From IMG/VR virus record IMGVR_UViG_3300046779_000327, positions 1-45,505 of that record: a stretch of 45,505 nt of DNA. The stretch is one strand, 5' to 3'. The notes under the pieces were generated by a model. That model was not told the DNA's origin and searched no databases. It saw only the letters and a list, made by a program, of their open reading frames with translations. The translations under genes were made by a program, and so were the position numbers. Below, piece by piece: positions 9,660-18,006 of this stretch (the stretch's first letter is position 1; each line of letters opens with the position of its first letter). Source of the DNA: a virus. Taxonomy: Duplodnaviria > Caudoviricetes.

Positions 9660-9928
9660 ATTACGAAGCTATTTATAAACTATATCCGCAAGTCGTTACT
9701 ATTAATGGCGATGTCGCTTACGATGCAGAAGGCAACGAAGTCGCATACGATAAAGCCGCAGTACAGGCTTATGTAGATGCTCATGCTTATATTGCTAAAC
9801 GAGCCGCAGAATACCCGCCCATCACCGATTTTGCCGATGCCTATTATTGGGCGCAAAAAGGCAAGACAGAATTGATGGATGCGTATGTGGCTAAATGTGA
9901 TGCTATTAAATTAAAATACCCAAAATGA
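9656..9928 (+). CDS. Small tail-fibre-associated chaperone
   Basis: YIAKRAAEYP...IKLKYPK motif typical of fibre partner proteins; ATGA coupling. Confidence 0.6.
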   Translation: MNYEAIYKLYPQVVTINGDVAYDAEGNEVAYDKAAVQAYVDAHAYIAKRAAEYPPITDFADAYYWAQKGKTELMDAYVAKCDAIKLKYPK

Positions 9929-10518
9929 CCTATCAGTTTATCGAAAACAAGAACTTCACTTATTGCGACCCGCTTGGGTATTTACGCAATGAGAAGTTTG
10001 TCGTTTATCACATGGTAGACCCGACTGATAATCAGATTCGGTACATTGGGCAGACCACCAATGGCATCAAGCGTATTGTTAATCACTTTACACCTTTTGC
10101 TATGCGGTCAAAAACCCACAAAAATAGCTGGCTTAAATCGCTAAAAATGAAGGGCATTAAGCCGATGGTGTTTGTTGCCCACAAAGCTGATTCTTTTGAG
10201 CAATTAAATCAGTTAGAAAAGGCACAGATTGATTTATTTAGAAAGTGCGTAAACCTAACTAATTTGCGTGATGGCGGTTCAACTAGAAAGTATCTTGAAC
10301 CCAAACCTAAAAGTAGTTTTTTAAAGTGGGCTAAGAAAATTGCCAAACAAAAAGGTAACGGCACACCATCTATTGCGGTTCAAGACCAACATGGTACTGT
10401 TTACCAATCAATCGCTGTTGCGGCACGACAAGTGGGTTCAACTAGCGGTAACATTAGAAAACACTTGAATGGCAAACACAGCCATGTTAAAGGCTACAAA
10501 TTTAAGGAGATTCAATAA
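9925..10518 (+). mobile_element. Free-standing GIY-YIG homing endonuclease with C-terminal NUMOD1-like HTH
   Basis: VVYHMVDP...RYIGQT...R...H...LE...N catalytic pattern; YQSIAVAARQVG...IRKHLNGK...KGYKF. Confidence 0.85.
10116..10242 (+). repeat. 127-bp exact repeat of the window's 3' end (45379-45505)
   Basis: Base-by-base identity over 127 nt; the base immediately 5' differs (C vs A). Confidence 0.9.
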
Positions 10519-11072
10519 TGGCGAGTGTAATAACGGCAACGACCACCTCAGGTCTAACCCAATCTGCTGACAATAGCGGTGTATTACAGTTAGCATCGGG
10601 AACTGGTAACTTAGTTACTGTGCCATCGGTAACAGGCACAGCAATGGTTAGCGGTAATATGCCAGCGTTTAGTGCCATTAAAACAAGCAATCAATCTATT
10701 ACTCAAAGCACATGGACAAAGATTACATTTGATAGTGAGCAATTTGATACCGCTAGCTGTTATTCTTCCAGCAGATTTACTCCAAATGTTGCTGGATATT
10801 ATGTAATTAATTGTAATATATTCATAACCACTCCTTCAACAAGTAGCTATATCCAACACGCTATATATAAAAATGGAAGTTTATTTTCTTTAATTACAGA
10901 AACACAAGTTACAACTGTTTCATATGTTAGCGTACCAGGTTCAGTTTTAATTTATTTGAATGGCTCAACTGATTATATAGAAATTTATATGAATACTGGA
11001 TTTAATGCTACGGCATATGGAGAAGCAACACCTTATACATATTTTCAAGGTTACTTGGTGAGGGCTGCATAA
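10518..11072 (+). CDS. Short fibre / receptor-binding protein 2 with C1q-like domain
   Basis: PAFSA...ITFDSEQFDT...SSRFTPNVAGYY...IYLNGSTDYIEIY...FQGYLV. Confidence 0.75.
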   Translation: MASVITATTTSGLTQSADNSGVLQLASGTGNLVTVPSVTGTAMVSGNMPAFSAIKTSNQSITQSTWTKITFDSEQFDTASCYSSSRFTPNVAGYYVINCNIFITTPSTSSYIQHAIYKNGSLFSLITETQVTTVSYVSVPGSVLIYLNGSTDYIEIYMNTGFNATAYGEATPYTYFQGYLVRAA

Positions 11073-11242
11073 TGACTTTATACGACAAAATTAAATCAAT
11101 TCATTCATCTTTAACTGATGCAGACTTTGACCCAATCAACGGCACTATTCGTCTACAAAACAATTCAGATGGCGAAGGCGATTACATTGCTAAGTGGGAA
11201 CACCCAACTTTGCCACGACCAACAGATGAGGAGTTAGCATAA
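11072..11242 (+). CDS. XkdW-like small fibre-associated protein (56 aa, not in the ORF track)
   Basis: MTLYDKIKSIHSSLTDADFDPINGTIRLQNNSDGEGDYIAKWEHPTLPRPTDEELA; TAATG coupling. Confidence 0.75.
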   Translation: MTLYDKIKSIHSSLTDADFDPINGTIRLQNNSDGEGDYIAKWEHPTLPRPTDEELA

Positions 11243-11905
11243 GTGCAAGCCCAAGTTTATTTGGTTTCTAACAAACTGAATGGCAAGCAATATGTCGGGC
11301 AGACTATTAACCCGCATTTGCCGCTTGGGCATGGTCGCATAATGAAAAGCGCATACAAACTGCATGGTAAAGATAACTTTACTTATGAACCAATTTGCGT
11401 AGGAATTGACAACAGAGCAACTTTAAATGCCATAGAACGCTTTTGGATAAGCGTATTAGATACGATTGTGCCAAAAGGCTACAACATCGAATTAGGCGGT
11501 TCTAATGGCTCTACATGGACTGAAGAACGCAGACGCAAGCATAGCCTAGCATTGACTGGCAGAATCCATCGCAGACCACTTGGAAGCAAGTCGGGCGCAA
11601 AAGGTAAAAAATGGTCGGAAGAAACTAAGCGCAAAATTTCTGAAGCGTTAAAAGGCAGAGTTAGCCCTAATTGGGGTCGCACAGCATCTGAAGAAACAAA
11701 AGCCAAGATGTCCGCAAGTCAAAAGGATAGAGCAGATAGGCTTGGTGAAAACCATCCTAATATTGGGCGCAAACACAGCGAAGAAACTAAGGCTAAGATG
11801 CGAGCATCAAGGGCTAAACGAGTTTACACAGACGAGGACAAAATGAAAATTAGTCAAGCCGTTAAGGCATGGCATCAACAGCGTAAGGAGCAACTATGCC
11901 GATAA
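11243..11905 (+). mobile_element. Free-standing GIY-YIG homing endonuclease with NUMOD3 repeats
   Basis: VYLVSNKLNGKQYVGQT...E...GYN; repeated SEETK(R/A)K(I/M)S motifs; GTG start with GAGGAG RBS. Confidence 0.88.
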
Positions 11906-13017
11906 CTTTGAATGGGGATACTGGCATCCTCACACCGATGTATAACGGTTCTATAACAAGTAATGCTGTTACACCATCGGTAAATATGAAGTCAAGAATT
12001 ATCAATGGTGCGATGGTGATTGACCAGCGTAATGCTGGTGCTAGTGTTACTCCAACTAACGGACAATTTAGTGTTGATAGATGGGAAGCATATTTAACGC
12101 AAGCATCAAAGTATTCATTACAACAAGATGCTGGTGCAGTAACACCCCCAGCAGGGTTTACTAATTATTTAGGTGCAACTTCTTTATCTGCTTATTCTGT
12201 TGCGGCTGGCGATATTTTTGGTGTCAGACAACAAATTGAAGGTTTTAACACAGCAGATTTGGGTTGGGGAACTGCTAACGCTAAAACAGTTACTTTGTCT
12301 TTTTGGGTTCGGAGTTCACTAACTGGCACTTTTGGCGGTTCGTTATCAAATAGTGCTTGGAACAGAAGCTATCCATTTACTTACACAATTTCTTCTGCAA
12401 ATACTTGGGAACAAAAATCAATCACTATTGCTGGTGATACAAGCGGAACATGGTTAACAACTAATGGTGTTGGTATTCGATTGTTATTTGGATTAGGTGT
12501 AGGCTCTACATTTAATGGAACTGCTGGCTCATGGTCAGGAAATACTTTTGCTTCAGCCACAGGAGCAACATCCGTAGTCGGCACAAACGGAGCAACTTTC
12601 TACATCACAGGAGTTCAGCTTGAGGTAGGCTCTACAGCTACTAGCTTTGATTACAGACCTTATGGAACTGAGTTTCAACTTTGTATGCGGTATTACTACA
12701 AACTGCTTATGAATGAATTTGGTGCCATAAACGGCTTTTGTGATAATGCAACCAATGCAATTCATTTTTATCAATTTCCTGTGCCGATGCGAACATCACC
12801 AACGCTTGGAACATCAGGAACAGCCGCAGACTATGCAATAAGACAGCCATCAACTGGTGCGGTTGCTTGTAATGCAGTTCCAGCAATTATTGGAACAGCC
12901 TCTGTTGGTGTTGTTCGTATTCAAGGATATACGGCTGGTTCACTTACAACAAATAGCGGTTGCGGATTAGCACCAAATGGTGGCAATACTTTCTTAGCCT
13001 TTGCTGCGGAGTTATGA
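11896..13017 (+). CDS. Tail fibre / receptor-binding protein 3 with carbohydrate-binding-like domain
   Basis: RIINGAMVIDQR...VDRW...VTLSFWV...GVQLEVGSTATSFDYRPYGTEFQLCMRYY...FPVPMRTSP. Confidence 0.75.
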   Translation: MPITLNGDTGILTPMYNGSITSNAVTPSVNMKSRIINGAMVIDQRNAGASVTPTNGQFSVDRWEAYLTQASKYSLQQDAGAVTPPAGFTNYLGATSLSAYSVAAGDIFGVRQQIEGFNTADLGWGTANAKTVTLSFWVRSSLTGTFGGSLSNSAWNRSYPFTYTISSANTWEQKSITIAGDTSGTWLTTNGVGIRLLFGLGVGSTFNGTAGSWSGNTFASATGATSVVGTNGATFYITGVQLEVGSTATSFDYRPYGTEFQLCMRYYYKLLMNEFGAINGFCDNATNAIHFYQFPVPMRTSPTLGTSGTAADYAIRQPSTGAVACNAVPAIIGTASVGVVRIQGYTAGSLTTNSGCGLAPNGGNTFLAFAAEL

Positions 13018-13226
13018 TGAATACTTATAGATTAATTAAAAATCCTGACAACGGAAAAGATTGTGGAGTTTTGCGTAATGGTGCAGATTCCATTCCTTTT
13101 GCTCCTGATAATTCTGATTACCAGCAATTTAAAAAAGAAGTTTTAGCTGGTGCAGAACTGCAAGATGCCGATGGAAATGTGATGACACAAGAACAGGCTG
13201 ATGCCTTTATAGCGACTTTGCCATAG
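13014..13226 (+). CDS. Small fibre-associated protein
   Basis: IPFAPDNSDYQQF motif; ATGA coupling, so the start is moved from 12960. Confidence 0.65.
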   Translation: MMNTYRLIKNPDNGKDCGVLRNGADSIPFAPDNSDYQQFKKEVLAGAELQDADGNVMTQEQADAFIATLP

Positions 13227-13233
13227 GTGACCT

Positions 13234-13464
13234 GTGAGTTTTGAAATAGATCCCGTAAAGTACGGTGTCCTTTGGCAAAAAGTCGAAAACTACGAGGCCA
13301 AGTTCGATGAAATGTCCAAAAAAATTGACAAAATGGAATCTTCTGTTGAGGAACTGGTCGCAATGGCTAATCGTTCTAGGGGCGGTTTTTGGGTCGGCAT
13401 GGGGTTTGTATCAGCTTTTAGTTCACTCGTGGGTTTTATCGCACATTGGCTTGGTAACAGGTAG
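13234..13464 (+). CDS. Coiled-coil protein with C-terminal TM helix (lysis-module membrane protein)
   Basis: 76 aa; hydrophobic GFWVGMGFVSAFSSLVGFIAHWL. Confidence 0.6.
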   Translation: MSFEIDPVKYGVLWQKVENYEAKFDEMSKKIDKMESSVEELVAMANRSRGGFWVGMGFVSAFSSLVGFIAHWLGNR

Positions 13465-13473
13465 GTTATCAAT

Positions 13474-13914
13474 GTGTCGGATGGTTTACTAGAGGGCGCA
13501 AAATCACTAAGCAGTTCCCTAAACGCAAGTCGGGAAGTTAGTAAAGAACTCTCTAAAAGTATTGCAGACACTCGTCAAGAAGCTATTGATGTAGCCGCAC
13601 AAAGAAACCTTGACAGGCGCAGGGAACTTAGAGAGAACGAAGTCCGCAAGGAACTATTCCTTAAACGAGTCTTAATTCAGTGGGAGCGTGAAGAACAAGT
13701 CAGGCGTGAAGAAGCAAAAATACGAGCAGACTTTTTAAAGAAATACGGTAAACGCTGGGCAGAAGTCGAAGCACTAAAAGCCAAGTTAGAAAAGCAGGAA
13801 AAAGAGTTTCAAAAGGCATTTAATAAGGATTTACGCAAAGCCCAAGTAGCGCAATTTTGGTGTTTTGTGGTCGCAGGATATATCGCTTACTATTTGGTTT
13901 GGGGGTCTAAATAA
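13474..13914 (+). CDS. Coiled-coil membrane-anchored protein (lysis module)
   Basis: Charged helix plus C-terminal TM FWCFVVAGYIAYYLVW. Confidence 0.55.
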   Translation: MSDGLLEGAKSLSSSLNASREVSKELSKSIADTRQEAIDVAAQRNLDRRRELRENEVRKELFLKRVLIQWEREEQVRREEAKIRADFLKKYGKRWAEVEALKAKLEKQEKEFQKAFNKDLRKAQVAQFWCFVVAGYIAYYLVWGSK

Positions 13915-14417
13915 TGGATGCACTACTTGGAATCTTAAAAGGCGTTGCGCCAGTTCTCGCTACTGCGGTGGCAGGGCCAGCAGGGGGTGCGGCAGTAGGC
14001 TGGATTGCCTCAAAGCTAGGCATTGATGATGCGACCGTAGAAGGCGTAACCCAAGCCCTTACAGGCAATCCTGAAATGGCTATGAAGCTGAAGGAACTTG
14101 ACCTTGAGTACGCTAAATTAGAAGCCCAAGACCGTGATTCTGCCCGTAAAGCATATTCTGCTGTAGCAACCTCAGAACACGCTACAAAGCTTGATAAAGC
14201 GGTCGTACCTATCCTAGCCCTAGGAACAGTCACCCTAGCATTTAGCTTTATCGCTATCCTAATGTTCAGAGATGTACCCGTAGACCAACAGCAGATGGTG
14301 ATTTTTGCCCTAGGATTTATTACCAGTAGCGCAGGACAAGTCTTATCGTTCTACTTTGGGTCTAGTCAAGGGTCTAAGGACAAGAACAAAGAGATACAGG
14401 AGATGATGAAAAAATGA
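13914..14417 (+). CDS. Holin (3TM-type)
   Basis: APVLATAVAGPAGGAA...DRDSAR...two TM helices...FYFGSS; directly upstream of the endolysin. Confidence 0.75.
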   Translation: MDALLGILKGVAPVLATAVAGPAGGAAVGWIASKLGIDDATVEGVTQALTGNPEMAMKLKELDLEYAKLEAQDRDSARKAYSAVATSEHATKLDKAVVPILALGTVTLAFSFIAILMFRDVPVDQQQMVIFALGFITSSAGQVLSFYFGSSQGSKDKNKEIQEMMKK

Positions 14418-14842
14418 ATTTATCCGAACACTTTACCTTAGACGAACTGACCCACACAGACCACCGTCAGTTTGACAATACGCCCAATGCTTCAGAGATG
14501 GCTAACCTTGTGCGCCTAGCCGCATTCCTTGAAGAAGTTAAGACCGTCTTAGGCGGCAAACCAGTCATGGTTAATTCGGCTTTTCGTTGCAAAGAAGTTA
14601 ATGACGCTGTAGGATCAAAGGACACTAGCCAGCATCGGATTGGATGTGCCGCAGATATTCGAGTACCGAGCATGACCCCCGATGAAGTCGTTAAGGCGGT
14701 GATTGCATCGGGGATTGGATATGACCAAATTATTCGAGAATTTGACCGTTGGACACATATTAGTATTCCTAATATTGCTGGCACTGCTCCTCGCAGACAA
14801 GCACTGATTATTGATAAGGCTGGTACTAGACCCTACGCTTAG
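14414..14842 (+). CDS. Endolysin, peptidase M15A family
   Basis: LSEHFTLDEL; SAFRC..VNDAVG...SQHRIGCAAD; WTHIS zinc ligands. Confidence 0.9.
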   Translation: MNLSEHFTLDELTHTDHRQFDNTPNASEMANLVRLAAFLEEVKTVLGGKPVMVNSAFRCKEVNDAVGSKDTSQHRIGCAADIRVPSMTPDEVVKAVIASGIGYDQIIREFDRWTHISIPNIAGTAPRRQALIIDKAGTRPYA

Positions 14843-15270
14843 AACAGTTCCCGTAGGTCTACGATCTTCCACAAGTCCTTGGGTACATCGTAGAAGTATT
14901 CGTCACGGGCTACCGCCTTGTTTGGTACTTCTATTAACGGGCAATCTTTAATCTTGTTAGCCCTAATCCAGTAGGCGTGGGTTAATGGCTTATTAACCAC
15001 ATACATAGTCGTTCTAGGGTGGTTAAATAACTTATCTTTGCGCTGGGCTATGTGGATGGTATCAAACGGGCAATATTCCCAATCCCTGACCTCTACCTCG
15101 GCATACCCTAGATGCTCACCCCTGCGGCTTAATACGAGGTCTACAGCGTATATATCGGGGTTAGGGGTAGCATCAATGTACCAAAGGTTTTTGAGCCACC
15201 TAGCCACGGCATCACGGGCAGGTGGGTCACAGGCATCGTGCAAGGCTTGGTCAAACTTCTTATATTGCAT
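14839..15270 (-). CDS. PD-(D/E)XK-like nuclease-fold protein
   Basis: YAVDLV...YAEVEVR pattern; start placed at MQYKK, overlapping the upstream stop. Confidence 0.55.
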   Translation of the reverse strand: MQYKKFDQALHDACDPPARDAVARWLKNLWYIDATPNPDIYAVDLVLSRRGEHLGYAEVEVRDWEYCPFDTIHIAQRKDKLFNHPRTTMYVVNKPLTHAYWIRANKIKDCPLIEVPNKAVARDEYFYDVPKDLWKIVDLRELF

Positions 15271-15502
15271 AGCCGTGCATGAGGTAGTTAGTACCAAAAA
15301 ACAGCACACAGAACAGGATTGCCGCCAATCCACCCAGCAAGAACTGCTTGATTGACTCCTTGCGCTTTTTCTTGTTCTCGTAAGCAATAAGGCGGTTATA
15401 GGCTTCTACATCTGCCCAGCCCTTCTCACGCATACGCTCCATATTGTCAAACTTACGCTTGGCTTCTAGGTACGACAAATGATCTCGTTCACTCTGTAGC
15501 AT
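15260..15502 (-). CDS. Hypothetical membrane protein
   Basis: AAGGAG RBS; C-terminal TM helix. Confidence 0.65.
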   Translation of the reverse strand: MLQSERDHLSYLEAKRKFDNMERMREKGWADVEAYNRLIAYENKKKRKESIKQFLLGGLAAILFCVLFFGTNYLMHGYAI

Positions 15503-15511
15503 GATGACTCC

Positions 15512-15763
15512 TTATTGAAAGATACGGTAACGGGGATTGCAAGTAACTTCTACGGGTACATCGGTGGTAACGCCATTAATCCTACGCTTGGCTGTAATGA
15601 CCACGGGGCGTGTGCCAGCATCTTCACACTCGTTAATGCCTAGAATAACCTGCGCCCGTGTCATGTGATACGCCTGTTTATCTGTTTCTAGGCTGACATT
15701 GGGTGGGGTATAGGAACTGCACCCAATTAAGGCTAGTGGGGTTAATAAGAATAAATATTTCAT
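15512..15763 (-). CDS. Lipoprotein
   Basis: Signal peptide MKYLFLLTPLALIG|C with lipobox. Confidence 0.7.
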   Translation of the reverse strand: MKYLFLLTPLALIGCSSYTPPNVSLETDKQAYHMTRAQVILGINECEDAGTRPVVITAKRRINGVTTDVPVEVTCNPRYRIFQ

Positions 15764-15990
15764 GATTTTTCCTTTAAGTAGTTTTCTGCAAATTTAAAAA
15801 AACGATATTCAAAAACATATTTTTGATAGTTACGGTCTTTTTTAATAGCTTTCATACAACTTTCTATTTTTTTATTGCCGTATTTTTTAATTAAAAATTT
15901 AGCGGCTTCTGTAGCATCGCCTTCTAAACCCTTCTCAATTACTTCTATTTGCATAATTAAGCGCAAAATTATCCAATCTGATTTTTTCAT
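15760..15990 (-). CDS. Hypothetical protein (AT-rich)
   Basis: ATGA overlaps at both ends within the leftward operon. Confidence 0.6.
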   Translation of the reverse strand: MKKSDWIILRLIMQIEVIEKGLEGDATEAAKFLIKKYGNKKIESCMKAIKKDRNYQKYVFEYRFFKFAENYLKEKS

Positions 15991-16265
15991 CTTGCTGTTA
16001 CCTTCAATGTAATAACTGCGGTAGTTTTGGTGTGCTTCTCGATTAACTCAGCAGGTACATTGGCTTCTGCGTACACAGCTTTGTTATCTACGGTCTTGCG
16101 CTGGGATAAGGTTACACACGCTTTGTAGAGGTTACCCTCGATGTGTCCTTCTTCTTGCTTGAGTTCGGTTTTGAGTGTTTCTGCCTGTGCTTCTAAGTCA
16201 GCAATCTGTGCCAAGAGCATACCTAATTGGTCAACTTTGGTAACTTGAATGTCTAAAACTTGCAT
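15987..16265 (-). CDS. Hypothetical early protein
   Basis: Strong AAGGAG RBS, own promoter, N-terminal coiled coil. Confidence 0.7.
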   Translation of the reverse strand: MQVLDIQVTKVDQLGMLLAQIADLEAQAETLKTELKQEEGHIEGNLYKACVTLSQRKTVDNKAVYAEANVPAELIEKHTKTTAVITLKVTAR

Positions 16266-16382
16266 TTGATTCTCCTTTTCTATCTCACTGCCCGATGCAG
16301 TAATGACAGTATAAGTTAAGTAATCTTAACAATGCAAGATATTTTTATTAGGATATACCCTAGGTTTTGCAGAAAAACAACA
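16266..16382 (-). promoter_or_regulatory. Sigma70 promoter cassette (TTGCAT-18-TATACT) with palindromic operator GTTAAG-N4-CTTAAC and leader hairpin
   Basis: Operator at 16315-16330; cassette homologous to 19696-19811. Confidence 0.75.
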
Positions 16383-16470
16383 GGGCAGTATTTAGCAGTT
16401 ACTAGCAATAGGGCAGAAAGCCGCAAAATTCCCTAATTACTGCATCCTACTTTGGCGGCTTAACGCCCTA
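16381..16470 (-). ncRNA. Candidate pseudoknotted structured RNA
   Basis: Closing helix UAGGGCG/UGCCCUG, inner GCAGU/ACUGC and UAGGG/CCCUA helices, pseudoknot AAGCCGC/GCGGCUU. Confidence 0.5.
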
Positions 16471-16585
16471 AAAAAGGTGGGCTATTTTGGTCAGGAAGTC
16501 CACATTTGGTCTAGAACCAATATTGCCTTTGCGACTGTCTGCTTCCCTTTTAACAGTTCCAAAATTATTTTTGCCCATTGTTAGT

Positions 16586-16626
16586 GGGGTACTCGCTTGC
16601 GCTTTCCCCCGTTCCCGTGAAGGAAC
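16586..16626 (-). ncRNA. Tandem hairpins with loop-E (GAA/AGUA) motif and GCAA tetraloop
   Basis: GUUCC-uucacg-GGAAC followed by GGGG-GAA-AGC-GCAA-GCG-AGUA-CCCC. Confidence 0.5.
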
Positions 16627-16631
16627 TTTGA

Positions 16632-17375
16632 TTATAAGCCGTTCTTGATTTGGTAAACCCGTAACAAATGCTCAAAGCATTCCCAGCCCTTTTGAAGCCG
16701 ATCTTGCTCAATTTCAATCAGTTTGACCTGATTACTTAGTGCATTGACAAAGACGATAGCGCACCGTGCCGTAGGAACGCCTAGGCCTTCACGGTAGGCG
16801 GCTAACTGCATCTCATGCTCAAAGTACACATCCACCTTATCTAAGTCGGTTTCCTTGGTTTTAAAGTCCACAATAAAGCCCGTCTTAGCCATTAAGTCAC
16901 ACTTGCCACCAAACCCTAGCGGATGCCCAAAAGATTGCTCTGAGAGCCATTCTTGCTTGCCAAAGGCATTCTCTAAGCTATCCATGATTGCGCTAATGTA
17001 CGGTGGCTTTTCAGGCATATACACACCCTCAAACCAAGTTTGAATAATGGCGTGGATTGCAGTACCTCGTTCTGCCGCTTCTCGACCCTGCGCCTTACTA
17101 TCCTGCATTACCCTAGCCAGCCAGTCGGATTCGGGTTCGTCAGGCAGTCTAGGCAGGGTTAAGGCGGCTAAGAGGACTTGCTGTTGCTTCCATGTATCAA
17201 GCCCTGCTTTCGATAGCATTCCGTTAATTGTTGTAACACTTGGCAGAAGTCCGAGTTTCCGTGCGTCACGGAGCGTTGCTGGTCGCTCCCCAGTCTTGCC
17301 GATGACTGTATAGGCTGGAGTGCCATCTTTTTTATACCAGTGACCTGATTCACTTAATTTCTCCTTAACTATCAT
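16632..17375 (-). CDS. PD-(D/E)XK (Cas4/RecB-like) exonuclease
   Basis: LPSVTTI, RGTAIH, GKCDL, IVDFKT, QLAAY motifs; start placed at MIVKEK after an AAGGA RBS. Confidence 0.85.
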   Translation of the reverse strand: MIVKEKLSESGHWYKKDGTPAYTVIGKTGERPATLRDARKLGLLPSVTTINGMLSKAGLDTWKQQQVLLAALTLPRLPDEPESDWLARVMQDSKAQGREAAERGTAIHAIIQTWFEGVYMPEKPPYISAIMDSLENAFGKQEWLSEQSFGHPLGFGGKCDLMAKTGFIVDFKTKETDLDKVDVYFEHEMQLAAYREGLGVPTARCAIVFVNALSNQVKLIEIEQDRLQKGWECFEHLLRVYQIKNGL

Positions 17376-17382
17376 AGTGTCC

Positions 17383-18006
17383 TTAGAATGGAATATTGTC
17401 AGGGCCAAAACCGTCATCGTCAGCTATCTTAGGTGCTTTTCTTTCACGCTCCTGCTGACCACGCCACTCACTACTCTCCGCTATCTTTTCCTTATAGTAC
17501 TTAGGTAGCGCATCGTATTCTTCCTGCTTAAAGTCTTGCAACCAAAAGATTTTGGTCGGATTAATGCCTTCAGGCTGGGCGTTACGCAGTGCGCTAGGCA
17601 CAGGGCTAATACCTGAGATATTAGCGTACTTACCATCCTCAGAGTGCGTAATATTGACCATGCAGAACTTACCTAATAAGTTCTTGAGGTCAAAGTTTTT
17701 CCTGTCCTCGGTGGTCATTTTTTTGTTTGACCACGCCTCTAAATCTTGGCGTAACCGTGCTTGATCCCCAAGGCTGACCGTATACCGCTTAGATACGATT
17801 AATGGCTTGCCATCGTCTGTTTTTAATGGTTTGCCATCCTCATCATCCCCGTGCAATTCCCAAGTCAATACGACCTTATGCATGATTTTGGTTTCTCCAG
17901 CCCATTCGGTAGCTTGATGACCAAGGTCAATCACAGAGTACAAACGGGCCATATGCAAGCCAGCAGGGGCGATTTTAAAATCTCGTTGAGTATCAGAAAT
18001 AATCAT
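17383..18006 (-). CDS. NGO0469-family ssDNA-binding/replication-recombination protein
   Basis: PAGLHMARLYSVIDLGHQ; SSB-like acidic tail DDDGFGPDNIPF. Confidence 0.75.
   Translation of the reverse strand: MIISDTQRDFKIAPAGLHMARLYSVIDLGHQATEWAGETKIMHKVVLTWELHGDDEDGKPLKTDDGKPLIVSKRYTVSLGDQARLRQDLEAWSNKKMTTEDRKNFDLKNLLGKFCMVNITHSEDGKYANISGISPVPSALRNAQPEGINPTKIFWLQDFKQEEYDALPKYYKEKIAESSEWRGQQERERKAPKIADDDGFGPDNIPF

Larger units (their letters stand above)
1..10242 (+). repeat. Copy A of the divergent duplicated tail/ejection module
   Basis: Gene-by-gene homology with ~35038-45505, with offsets of 35007-35287 nt. Confidence 0.97.

Noticed and set aside
9925-11905. Group I introns housing the GIY-YIG genes
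   Set aside because: Flanking genes are complete and abut or overlap the nuclease ORFs, leaving no room for an intron core.
9057-13017. Diversity-generating retroelement acting on the fibres
   Set aside because: No reverse transcriptase or TR/VR pair, and the allele differences are not adenine-specific.
16468-16578. 36-aa minus-strand ORF MGKNNFGTVK...
   Set aside because: No RBS, and it lies between structured elements.
16632-17375. CRISPR-associated Cas4
   Set aside because: No array or other cas genes and no four-Cys cluster; it is an ordinary phage PD-(D/E)XK exonuclease.
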